In this document: positions 35,597 through 46,663 of the stretch, piece after piece
Numbering within the stretch: position 1 is the stretch's first letter
How the letters are laid out: each line of letters opens with the position of its first letter
Assembly: GCA_964187785.1 (NCBI GenBank)
Contig: OZ076409.1
Location: 16,556,001-16,620,000, forward strand
DNA from: Amphiscolops sp. MND2022
Lineage: Eukaryota
Direction of reading: 5' to 3'
Length of the DNA: 64,000 nucleotides
The notes under the pieces: model-generated
The model's input: the letters and a program-made list of their open reading frames with translations, nothing else
The model's database searches: none
What the model was told of the DNA's origin: nothing
Position numbers and translations under genes: made by a program

Positions 35597-36928
35597 ATGA
35601 TTCTTGACGACGATGTTGCTTCTGGTAATGTGGACGTAACAAAAATGCCGATGGATGGTCACGACAATACTGAATATATTCCACCTATTGAAAGCCTCAG
35701 CCTTGTTCAATTGTCGGAGCAATCGCAATCTGGGTCTCCGTCACTTACACCACCACCAACATCTTCTCTACAGAACATACAATCGGCAATAAACACGCAA
35801 TTATACAGCGCTGTTGCAGGTGCCAACACTCCACCATCTCGCACGACAGCAATAGTTAAAATGAAAATCATTCCACCATTACAAAAACAACACTTCACAA
35901 CCAAGGACAACTTCACTACTGCAACCAATCAATGTTTTTCAGCAATTTTACGTTGCTTTCCACCTACATACAGACAACAGCTTACTATTTCAAAATCATT
36001 TACAATTGTTGGGACCAGACATTTGCATTCAATTAATGTAGTGGCGCCTGTCACAGCCCAGGACATTGTATCAAAATTGCAAACAACAGGAATATCAATG
36101 CTTGGCAAAACTGTATTTCCATCGACAGACAACTTTCTCACTAATTTACCTGGACTCTATCCACGATACACTCAAGTGAGACTTCTACATGCACCAGCAC
36201 AATGCGATGACGAGACCTTAACAGAACTATTACATCTTCCGGCAGATACGACAATCATAGGATTCAAACGTCAGACAGACACGATTGATGGTATGTCCTT
36301 TTTCAATGGCAAAATAGCATGCACGATAAAAATCAACAATACAACTCATGAAGAAGAACTACGACAATGGTCGTTGGATCAACATGAAAATCCCACAATG
36401 ATTTGGGAGGAGATTCCTATCTTTGCTTTTATTCCCTCACTTCACAATTGCACTTTCTGTAAACAACATAACAAACCTCACTTTGGACATGACATTGCCT
36501 GGTGCAAACATGCAAAAGCACATCCAACGACTCCACCATCACCTCCTCTACCACAACAGACATCAACTACAACTTCGCAGATGCCTCTGCCTCCTCCTTC
36601 TTCTTCTGCTACTCCATCTGTTATCGCGCCAACTCCTCCTACTTTGGTTAACAACAACTTGGGTTTAGCTGACGTACCTGTTACAACGACTGATGATTGG
36701 CAACCTGTAACTAAGAAGACTTTCCCTAAACACAGTTTGGTTAGAACGAGGTCTGTTATCAAGGCGAAAAGACCAAAACACCCGAGCCCTGTAACTGAAG
36801 TTAACCCCAATTTGACAGAACCTACGATGACGGCACCGTTCCTTCCGACTACACCCATTTACAATTCATTTGACAGCAAGCGGTATTCTAAATCTTCCAG
36901 GTCTAAACATGATAGTGTTCAGCCTTAA
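35597..36928 (+). CDS. ORF1 of C, 443 aa, nucleic-acid-binding protein with CCHC motif
   Basis: CTFCKQHNKPHFGHDIAWC; motifs shared with ORF1 of B (KIIPP/KIVPP, GKTVFP/GRTVFP, LRQWSL/LKQWSL). Confidence 0.9.
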   Translation: MILDDDVASGNVDVTKMPMDGHDNTEYIPPIESLSLVQLSEQSQSGSPSLTPPPTSSLQNIQSAINTQLYSAVAGANTPPSRTTAIVKMKIIPPLQKQHFTTKDNFTTATNQCFSAILRCFPPTYRQQLTISKSFTIVGTRHLHSINVVAPVTAQDIVSKLQTTGISMLGKTVFPSTDNFLTNLPGLYPRYTQVRLLHAPAQCDDETLTELLHLPADTTIIGFKRQTDTIDGMSFFNGKIACTIKINNTTHEEELRQWSLDQHENPTMIWEEIPIFAFIPSLHNCTFCKQHNKPHFGHDIAWCKHAKAHPTTPPSPPLPQQTSTTTSQMPLPPPSSSATPSVIAPTPPTLVNNNLGLADVPVTTTDDWQPVTKKTFPKHSLVRTRSVIKAKRPKHPSPVTEVNPNLTEPTMTAPFLPTTPIYNSFDSKRYSKSSRSKHDSVQP

Positions 36929-39900
36929 TTGTAGAGGACTGAAGGATCCTCTTCGCCTTGCCATGACTCTGACTGCTTGTCAGCGTCATGGTGTGAAAAA
37001 TTTTGTTCTTTTCCTACAAGAAACTAAGATTTCTGAATTTTCTATCAATCATAGAAAACTACTTACACAACACCATCTCTCGTACTGCATGGTTCCTGCC
37101 TCTGATACTGCAGGTGGATTGGTGACAATTTTTCCGTCTTCTTTCCACATAACTTACCGTTTTAACAATGAATCCATGCTCCTATTGCGTTTTCAAGAAT
37201 ATAATATCACTTTTAGCAACTGTTATGTCAATCCGCTTGATTTTCATCTGGAAAAGCTTAATCATGGTTTCCAACAGCTTTCTCTTCTATCTTCTAGTTC
37301 TCACATACTTGGTGGAGATTTTAACTGTTTATCAACCCGTGCTGACACATCTAATGTTAATATTCGAAGTAATGATTTCCGCTTACTTCGTTTTCGAAAA
37401 CTTATGAATCTTATGCACCTGCTGGATGTCACACCATGTGCTCCAGCCTCGGTTGCACATCTGTTCACACACTATGATAAAAGGTATAATACATTTAGTC
37501 GTTTAGACTACTTTTTTACATCGAGTGTTGACTTCTCTCTCGAAACTGAAGTCATTCCTTTTTCGGATCACAAGTTAATTAAGCTTTGTGAAGCGGCATC
37601 TTTTACTCCAGCAAACAGTCATTGGAAATTAAATGACAACATTCTGCAGTATCACCATGCAGTGCGGGAGGTTTTGGTGAGTTCTATTGCATCCCGGTCT
37701 ACGGATTCAGAGTGTATCCTATCGAACTATGATGTCATTAAAAATCTTGTTAGGGATAAACTCCGTATCTTTTGTATCCAGAATCATAGACGTAATCTTT
37801 TTGAAGAAAATCACCTGAAAGAACTAATACTTGATGCAGAGAAATATCTACAAATTTTTGGCGTAGATTCCAAAACTATTTCTCGTCTTTCAGATTTAAA
37901 TAAAAAATTGATGGAACTCCAGCACCAGAATGCTCGTAAATGCCTTAAACAGGTGAAAATGTTTTATGTTGATGCCAATCATGGTGATCCTCAAGTTATT
38001 AAAAAACACCTTTCAAATATGAGAAAATCCGTACATATTTCTCAAATACAAGACGACAATGGTGAGGTCTTGACTACTGATGAGCAGATTTTTGAAGCTT
38101 TTCATATGCATTACTCAGATCGTTTTTCCATTCCGCAGGTCAATATCAATAATGATTCCCATGTCAAGCAGCTGCAAGATGACATTATTGGTACTTTTTG
38201 TAGTGTTAAGAGATCTGATATTGAAAATATTCGCACTCTAACCAGAGACCGGGATATGATTAGTGAACAAGAAGTTATTAATGCCATTAACAAATTGAAT
38301 TCTGAAAGTGCTCCTGGTCCTGATGGCCTCACTTCCAACTTTTATAAAGCTCATCAGGAGGTTCTGAGTCCTCTACTCTGCAGGCTGTTTAACCAGATGG
38401 TTACTGATGGTTGGATGCCGCTATCTTTCTCCAGAGCCATTATAAAACTGATTCCTAAAAAACCCAACGCCAATCGTGTTGAAGATTTTCGTCCCATCAG
38501 TCTTATTAATACAGACCAAAAAATACTCTCTCATATTTTGTCGGAACGAGTTCGCATTCCTGTTGATAAGCTTATTGGTCCCCACCAATCTGCTTATCTT
38601 CCTGGGCGTCACATACACCCTTCTTTATTGAAAGTCTCCTTAAACTTGGAAACCATGCCGTCAAATAATTCTCTCATCGCTATTGATTTTAGCAAAGCCT
38701 TTGATAAACTAAGTCGAACATTTATCTTTGCGTTATTAGAAAAAATTGGCTTGCACGAAAACACAGTCAAATTGATTCGCATCATGTATATGCATAATAT
38801 TGCCTATCTTGACATCAATGGTCAACTCTCTCAACCTGTTCTTATGGAAAATGGAGTTAGGCAAGGCTGCCCTTTATCCGCGCTCATTTTTATTCTAGGC
38901 ATTGAACCCCTTCTTCATGCAATTCAGCACTCCTTCAACATTAGATCGGATATGCCGTTTAAAATTATCTCGTATGCGGATGATCTTACTTGTGGTATTC
39001 ACACTGATAATATTCAAGATCTTTTTGATATCATTGATACATTTTCTGGCGTTACGAATTTATCTGTTAATCAATCTAAAACTGAAATTCTTACATTGAG
39101 TAGTCTTCGTCCTCCTCTCCAATCTTGTGACGTTGTTAAAATACTGGGTGTTCACTTTAGTTTGGGCAACTCTGCTAGACCTTTCTCTGACTTCATGAAC
39201 TATGCGCAACGAAGTGGTCAGTATTGTAACAAATACAATACTCTAATAGCTCGTGCGCGAAATATTCATACCTTTGTTATGCAAAAATTAGTTCATGAAA
39301 TTCGCCATCTTTATGTCCTAAGGCCTCAATTAGACAAAATTGATAGTATTTTCATTGATGCTATTTGGCTTGGCCGCAAACACAATCTAAGTAAATTTAT
39401 TCTCCAGAGACCATGGTCGGCGATGGGTATTGGTCTTCGGAATTTCCGTCAAACTATTGTTTCTTCCAAAATTATCGACTGCTTCAACTTTCTCTACGAA
39501 AACAGTTTGCCCGATAATCTTAAACTGTTACTCCAATCTAGGTTTTTTAGAAATCTTAAATCCTTGTGTCGCACATTTAAATGCTCCATTTCCTTTCCAA
39601 ACTCCACCACCTGTACTCTTTCTATTGATGACCGTCAACTTGTGATTTCCACCCCTCTTCCCACTAAAAAAATTTATCATTTTCTTACAGACCGGTCAAC
39701 TTCGGCAGCTTTTTGCCGAATCTCTAGTATGGCAGAGAAATTATCTGTTCCTGCTTTTTCTATCTTTTCCTTCATCCGTCACTTGTGGAAGCATCCCTCG
39801 TATGCTGCTTTTGAGAAAAATTATTTATATCTGTTTTTCCTTAATTGCTACTTAGAGAAAACCAAAAAACAAGATTTGGGCTTAGTGTTTTCAGCTCATT

Positions 39901-40160
39901 GCTGTTTTTGTGGTGTTGAAGACGAAACCTTCTCACATCTTATTACTGAATGTCAGCATATTCCATCTCTCAATTTCTTTAAAACTCCTAGTGATTGCTG
40001 TCTAGATTTTCAAAACATGAATGCAATTTACCCTTTCAAACGTCTGATAGCTCTCCTAATTTCCTCATGGAGCGAAGATCCGCTCAGATTCTCTAAGTAT
40101 TTTTTGAATTGTGTCTCCTTAAGGCATCCAACCATTCTTAACCATCAGGCTGTAACGTAA
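36909..40160 (+). CDS. ORF2 of C: APE, RT and CCHC finger
   Basis: ATG at 36909 (MIVFSLNCRGL); LQET, GGDFN, SRLDY, SDH, PGPDG, DFSKAFD, GVRQGCP, YADD, CCFC..H..C. Confidence 0.96.
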   Translation: MIVFSLNCRGLKDPLRLAMTLTACQRHGVKNFVLFLQETKISEFSINHRKLLTQHHLSYCMVPASDTAGGLVTIFPSSFHITYRFNNESMLLLRFQEYNITFSNCYVNPLDFHLEKLNHGFQQLSLLSSSSHILGGDFNCLSTRADTSNVNIRSNDFRLLRFRKLMNLMHLLDVTPCAPASVAHLFTHYDKRYNTFSRLDYFFTSSVDFSLETEVIPFSDHKLIKLCEAASFTPANSHWKLNDNILQYHHAVREVLVSSIASRSTDSECILSNYDVIKNLVRDKLRIFCIQNHRRNLFEENHLKELILDAEKYLQIFGVDSKTISRLSDLNKKLMELQHQNARKCLKQVKMFYVDANHGDPQVIKKHLSNMRKSVHISQIQDDNGEVLTTDEQIFEAFHMHYSDRFSIPQVNINNDSHVKQLQDDIIGTFCSVKRSDIENIRTLTRDRDMISEQEVINAINKLNSESAPGPDGLTSNFYKAHQEVLSPLLCRLFNQMVTDGWMPLSFSRAIIKLIPKKPNANRVEDFRPISLINTDQKILSHILSERVRIPVDKLIGPHQSAYLPGRHIHPSLLKVSLNLETMPSNNSLIAIDFSKAFDKLSRTFIFALLEKIGLHENTVKLIRIMYMHNIAYLDINGQLSQPVLMENGVRQGCPLSALIFILGIEPLLHAIQHSFNIRSDMPFKIISYADDLTCGIHTDNIQDLFDIIDTFSGVTNLSVNQSKTEILTLSSLRPPLQSCDVVKILGVHFSLGNSARPFSDFMNYAQRSGQYCNKYNTLIARARNIHTFVMQKLVHEIRHLYVLRPQLDKIDSIFIDAIWLGRKHNLSKFILQRPWSAMGIGLRNFRQTIVSSKIIDCFNFLYENSLPDNLKLLLQSRFFRNLKSLCRTFKCSISFPNSTTCTLSIDDRQLVISTPLPTKKIYHFLTDRSTSAAFCRISSMAEKLSVPAFSIFSFIRHLWKHPSYAAFEKNYLYLFFLNCYLEKTKKQDLGLVFSAHCCFCGVEDETFSHLITECQHIPSLNFFKTPSDCCLDFQNMNAIYPFKRLIALLISSWSEDPLRFSKYFLNCVSLRHPTILNHQAVT

Positions 40161-40312
40161 CTAAGTTCAATTTTATTTATATCTTGCAACCAATGAACCA
40201 TTCACTTACTTTGATTAGCTACTGAATTGTCTGAATTATGAACTTGGTCATGACCTACGCTATTTGATTGATTCATTTGTTCCTACTGATTTACTGTAAT
40301 TAATTCTTTAAA

Positions 40313-40421
40313 AGCCTAATTGTTGTGATAAACTTATTAAATAGGTAAGTATTCCAACCCTATTGATAAGTTTTATTTGAAAGCAGACTGCGAAAGTGGT
40401 CTGCTGCCCAATTTTTTGAAC
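40313..40421 (+). ncRNA. SL RNA sequence regenerated downstream of element C
   Basis: Complete SL sequence begins with the 3' TSD. Confidence 0.75.
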
Positions 40422-40540
40422 AAGGAACAAGCTAGTCTGCACTAACTTAAAAGTTACGCGTATTTTGACCGAGAAAATTTTCGTATCATTGTACGTAATT
40501 TTGTTGTTAAGCATATAAAGCTATTGATTTTACAATGATC

Positions 40541-40659
40541 GGCTACGACCATACCATGTTGAATGCACCGGTTCTCGTCCGATCACCGAAGTTAAACAAC
40601 ATAGGGCCTGGTTAGTACTTGGATGGGAGACCGCTTGGGAACACCAGGTGTTGTAGCCT
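40541..40659 (+). rRNA. 5S rRNA
   Basis: As 876-994. Confidence 0.98.
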
Positions 40660-41445
40660 TTTTTGTCAGAAATGTGGTTTAACTTCGGTGACAGTTTTGC
40701 AAAAGGGGTCAAATTGAAAAGATAGCAAAAAACGGACAACGCCATTAGAAAGAGCGTCCAAAAAAACCCCCATGCTGAAATTTTCGCCGCCATCACTTGA
40801 ATTTTCATTGAGTTATGTCATTTTTACTATTTTCACAAAATGTGGTTTAACTTCGGTGACAGTTTTGCAAAAGGGGTCAAAATGAACAGATAGCAAAAAA
40901 CGGACAACGGCATTGGAAAGAGGGCCCAAAATTACCCCTAAAACGTGTTTTTCACACTCCTGAGTAGACTTTTGATAATACATGGAATTTCATTTTTAAG
41001 CTTACTAATTTATGCTTTTCAGCATACATTTTCGTAATAGAGTCAAAATTTTGCTTTCTCACAATTTTTCTGGAATATTTTTGTTTCATCAGATGTCAAT
41101 AACTTGAAACGTCGTCTTTTCATGAGAATTTCTCCTCAAAACAAGTTGTTGGCTGGTAATGGTAAGTCCGTACCGCAGATAGGAGTCTCGCGCTCCAAAA
41201 ATTGACTCTTTGCTTTTAGCCTAATTGTTGTGATAAACTTATTAAATAGGTAAGTATTCCAACCCTATTGATAAGTTTTATTTGAAAGCAGACTGCGAAA
41301 GTGGTCTGCTGCCCAATTTTTTGAACAAGGAACAAGCTAGTCTGCACTAACTTAAAAGTTACGCGTATTTTGACCGAGAAAATTTTCGTATCATTGTACG
41401 TAATTTTGTTGTTAAGCATATAAAGCTATTGATTTTACAATGATC

Positions 41446-41564
41446 GGCTACGACCATACCATGTTGAATGCACCGGTTCTCGTCCGATCACCGAAGTTAA
41501 ACAACATAGGGCCTGGTTAGTACTTGGATGGGAGACCGCTTGGGAACACCAGGTGTTGTAGCCT
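41446..41564 (+). rRNA. 5S rRNA
   Basis: As 876-994. Confidence 0.98.
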
Positions 41565-42350
41565 TTTTTGTCAGAAATGTGGTTTAACTTCGGTGACAGT
41601 TTTGCAAAAGGGGTCAAATTGAAAAGATAGCAAAAAACGGACAACGCCATTAGAAAGAGCGTCCAAAAAAACCCCCATGCTGAAATTTTCGCCGCCATCA
41701 CTTGAATTTTCATTGAGTTATGTCATTTTTACTATTTTCACAAAATGTGGTTTAACTTCGGTGACAGTTTTGCAAAAGGGGTCAAAATGAACAGATAGCA
41801 AAAAACGGACAACGGCATTGGAAAGAGGGCCCAAAATTACCCCTAAAACGTGTTTTTCACACTCCTGAGTAGACTTTTGATAATACATGGAATTTCATTT
41901 TTAAGCTTACTAATTTATGCTTTTCAGCATACATTTTCGTAATAGAGTCAAAATTTTGCTTTCTCACAATTTTTCTGGAATATTTTTGTTTCATCAGATG
42001 TCAATAACTTGAAACGTCGTCTTTTCATGAGAATTTCTCCTCAAAACAAGTTGTTGGCTGGTAATGGTAAGTCCGTACCGCAGATAGGAGTCTCGCGCTC
42101 CAAAAATTGACTCTTTGCTTTTAGCCTAATTGTTGTGATAAACTTATTAAATAGGTAAGTATTCCAACCCTATTGATAAGTTTTATTTGAAAGCAGACTG
42201 CGAAAGTGGTCTGCTGCCCAATTTTTCGAACAAGGAACAAGCTAGTCTGCACTAACTTAAAAGTTACGCGTATTTTGACCGAGAAAATTTTCGTATCATT
42301 GTACGTAATTTTGTTGTTAAGCATATAAAGCTATTGATTTTACAATGATC

Positions 42351-42469
42351 GGCTACGACCATACCATGTTGAATGCACCGGTTCTCGTCCGATCACCGAA
42401 GTTAAACAACATAGGGCCTGGTTAGTACTTGGATGGGAGACCGCTTGGGAACACCAGGTGTTGTAGCCT
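42351..42469 (+). rRNA. 5S rRNA
   Basis: As 876-994. Confidence 0.98.
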
Positions 42470-43255
42470 TTTTTGTCAGAAATGTGGTTTAACTTCGGTG
42501 ACAGTTTTGCAAAAGGGGTCAAATTGAAAAGATAGCAAAAAACGGACAACGCCATTAGAAAGAGCGTCCAAAAAAACCCCCATGCTGAAATTTTCGCCGC
42601 CATCACTTGAATTTTCATTGAGTTATGTCATTTTTACTATTTTCACAAAATGTGGTTTAACTTCGGTGACAGTTTTGCAAAAGGGGTCAAAATGAACAGA
42701 TAGCAAAAAACGGACAACGGCATTGGAAAGAGGGCCCAAAATTACCCCTAAAACGTGTTTTTCACACTCCTGAGTAGACTTTTGATAATACATGGAATTT
42801 CATTTTTAAGCTTACTAATTTATGCTTTTCAGCATACATTTTCGTAATAGAGTCAAAATTTTGCTTTCTCACAATTTTTCTGGAATATTTTTGTTTCATC
42901 AGATGTCAATAACTTGAAACGTCGTCTTTTCATGAGAATTTCTCCTCAAAACAAGTTGTTGGCTGGTAATGGTAAGTCCGTACCGCAGATAGGAGTCTCG
43001 CGCTCCAAAAATTGACTCTTTGCTTTTAGCCTAATTGTTGTGATAAACTTATTAAATAGGTAAGTATTCCAACCCTATTGATAAGTTTTATTTGAAAGCA
43101 GACTGCGAAAGTGGTCTGCTGCCCAATTTTTCGAACAAGGAACAAGCTAGTCTGCACTAACTTAAAAGTTACGCGTATTTTGACCGAGAAAATTTTCGTA
43201 TCATTGTACGTAATTTTGTTGTTAAGCATATAAAGCTATTGATTTTACAATGATC

Positions 43256-43374
43256 GGCTACGACCATACCATGTTGAATGCACCGGTTCTCGTCCGATCA
43301 CCGAAGTTAAACAACATAGGGCCTGGTTAGTACTTGGATGGGAGACCGCTTGGGAACACCAGGTGTTGTAGCCT
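43256..43374 (+). rRNA. 5S rRNA
   Basis: As 876-994. Confidence 0.98.
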
Positions 43375-44160
43375 TTTTTGTCAGAAATGTGGTTTAACTT
43401 CGGTGACAGTTTTGCAAAAGGGGTCAAATTGAAAAGATAGCAAAAAACGGACAACGCCATTAGAAAGAGCGTCCAAAAAAACCCCCATGCTGAAATTTTC
43501 GCCGCCATCACTTGAATTTTCATTGAGTTATGTCATTTTTACTATTTTCACAAAATGTGGTTTAACTTCGGTGACAGTTTTGCAAAAGGGGTCAAAATGA
43601 ACAGATAGCAAAAAACGGACAACGGCATTGGAAAGAGGGCCCAAAATTACCCCTAAAACGTGTTTTTCACACTCCTGAGTAGACTTTTGATAATACATGG
43701 AATTTCATTTTTAAGCTTACTAATTTATGCTTTTCAGCATACATTTTCGTAATAGAGTCAAAATTTTGCTTTCTCACAATTTTTCTGGAATATTTTTGTT
43801 TCATCAGATGTCAATAACTTGAAACGTCGTCTTTTCATGAGAATTTCTCCTCAAAACAAGTTGTTGGCTGGTAATGGTAAGTCCGTACCGCAGATAGGAG
43901 TCTCGCGCTCCAAAAATTGACTCTTTGCTTTTAGCCTAATTGTTGTGATAAACTTATTAAATAGGTAAGTATTCCAACCCTATTGATAAGTTTTATTTGA
44001 AAGCAGACTGCGAAAGTGGTCTGCTGCCCAATTTTTCGAACAAGGAACAAGCTAGTCTGCACTAACTTAAAAGTTACGCGTATTTTGACCGAGAAAATTT
44101 TCGTATCATTGTACGTAATTTTGTTGTTAAGCATATAAAGCTATTGATTTTACAATGATC

Positions 44161-44279
44161 GGCTACGACCATACCATGTTGAATGCACCGGTTCTCGTCC
44201 GATCACCGAAGTTAAACAACATAGGGCCTGGTTAGTACTTGGATGGGAGACCGCTTGGGAACACCAGGTGTTGTAGCCT
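44161..44279 (+). rRNA. 5S rRNA
   Basis: As 876-994. Confidence 0.98.
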
Positions 44280-45065
44280 TTTTTGTCAGAAATGTGGTTT
44301 AACTTCGGTGACAGTTTTGCAAAAGGGGTCAAATTGAAAAGATAGCAAAAAACGGACAACGCCATTAGAAAGAGCGTCCAAAAAAAACCCCATGCTGAAA
44401 TTTTCGCCGCCATCACTTGAATTTTCATTGAGTTATGTCATTTTTACTATTTTCACAAAATGTGGTTTAACTTCGGTGACAGTTTTGCAAAAGGGGTCAA
44501 AATGAACAGATAGCAAAAAACGGACAACGGCATTGGAAAGAGGGCCCAAAATTACCCCTAAAACGTGTTTTTCACACTCCTGAGTAGACTTTTGATAATA
44601 CATGGAATTTCATTTTTAAGCTTACTAATTTATGCTTTTCAGCATACATTTTCGTAATAGAGTCAAAATTTTGCTTTCTCACAATTTTTCTGGAATATTT
44701 TTGTTTCATCAGATGTCAATAACTTGAAACGTCGTCTTTTCATGAGAATTTCTCCTCAAAACAAGTTGTTGGCTGGTAATGGTAAGTCCGTACCGCAGAT
44801 AGGAGTCTCGCGCTCCAAAAATTGACTCTTTGCTTTTAGCCTAATTGTTGTGATAAACTTATTAAATAGGTAAGTATTCCAACCCTATTGATAAGTTTTA
44901 TTTGAAAGCAGACTGCGAAAGTGGTCTGCTGCCCAATTTTTCGAACAAGGAACAAGCTAGTCTGCACTAACTTAAAAGTTACGCGTATTTTGACCGAGAA
45001 AATTTTCGTATCATTGTACGTAATTTTGTTGTTAAGCATATAAAGCTATTGATTTTACAATGATC

Positions 45066-45184
45066 GGCTACGACCATACCATGTTGAATGCACCGGTTCT
45101 CGTCCGATCACCGAAGTTAAACAACATAGGGCCTGGTTAGTACTTGGATGGGAGACCGCTTGGGAACACCAGGTGTTGTAGCCT
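45066..45184 (+). rRNA. 5S rRNA
   Basis: As 876-994. Confidence 0.98.
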
Positions 45185-45970
45185 TTTTTGTCAGAAATGT
45201 GGTTTAACTTCGGTGACAGTTTTGCAAAAGGGGTCAAATTGAAAAGATAGCAAAAAACGGACAACGCCATTAGAAAGAGCGTCCAAAAAAACCCCCATGC
45301 TGAAATTTTCGCCGCCATCACTTGAATTTTCATTGAGTTATGTCATTTTTACTATTTTCACAAAATGTGGTTTAACTTCGGTGACAGTTTTGCAAAAGGG
45401 GTCAAAATGAACAGATAGCAAAAAACGGACAACGGCATTGGAAAGAGGGCCCAAAATTACCCCTAAAACGTGTTTTTCACACTCCTGAGTAGACTTTTGA
45501 TAATACATGGAATTTCATTTTTAAGCTTACTAATTTATGCTTTTCAGCATACATTTTCGTAATAGAGTCAAAATTTTGCTTTCTCACAATTTTTCTGGAA
45601 TATTTTTGTTTCATCAGATGTCAATAACTTGAAACGTCGTCTTTTCATGAGAATTTCTCCTCAAAACAAGTTGTTGGCTGGTAATGGTAAGTCCGTACCG
45701 CAGATAGGAGTCTCGCGCTCCAAAAATTGACTCTTTGCTTTTAGCCTAATTGTTGTGATAAACTTATTAAATAGGTAAATATTCCAACCCTATTGATAAG
45801 TTTTATTTGAAAGCAGACTGCGAAAGTGGTCTGCTGCCCAATTTTTCGAACAAGGAACAAGCTAGTCTGCACTAACTTAAAAGTTACGCGTATTTTGACC
45901 GAGAAAATTTTCGTATCATTGTACGTAATTTTGTTGTTAAGCATATAAAGCTATTGATTTTACAATGATC

Positions 45971-46089
45971 GGCTACGACCATACCATGTTGAATGCACCG
46001 GTTCTCGTCCGATCACCGAAGTTAAACAACATAGGGCCTGGTTAGTACTTGGATGGGAGACCGCTTGGGAACACCAGGTGTTGTAGCCT
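45971..46089 (+). rRNA. 5S rRNA
   Basis: As 876-994. Confidence 0.98.
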
Positions 46090-46663
46090 TTTTTGTCAGA
46101 AATGTGGTTTAACTTCGGTGACAGTTTTGCAAAAGGGGTCAAATTGAAAAGATAGCAAAAAACGGACAACGCCATTAGAAAGAGCGTCCAAAAAAACCCC
46201 CATGCTGAAATTTTCGCCGCCATCACTTGAATTTTCATTGAGTTATGTCATTTTTACTATTTTCACAAAATGTGGTTTAACTTCGGTGACAGTTTTGCAA
46301 AAGGGGTCAAAATGAACAGATAGCAAAAAACGGACAACGGCATTGGAAAGAGGGCCCAAAATTACCCCTAAAACGTGTTTTTGACACTCCTGAGTCGACT
46401 TTTGATAATACATGGAATTTCATTTTTAAGCTTACTAATTTATGCTTTTCAGCATACATTTTCGTAATAGAGTCAAAATTTTGCTTTCTCACAATTTTTC
46501 TGGAATATTTTTGTTTCATCAGATGTCAATAACTTGAAACGTCGTCTTTTCATGAGAATTTCTCCTCAAAACAAGTTGTTGGCTGGTAATGGTAAGTCCG
46601 TACCGCAGATAGGAGTCTCGCGCTCCAAAAATTGACTCTTTGCTTTTAGCCTAATTGTTGTGA

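Larger units (their letters stand above)
35380..40312 (+). mobile_element. Non-LTR retrotransposon family C, apparently full length, inserted at SL 5' end
   Basis: TSD AGCCTAATTGTTGT at 35366-35379 and 40313-40326; two intact ORFs; ends ...TCTTTAAA. Confidence 0.95.
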
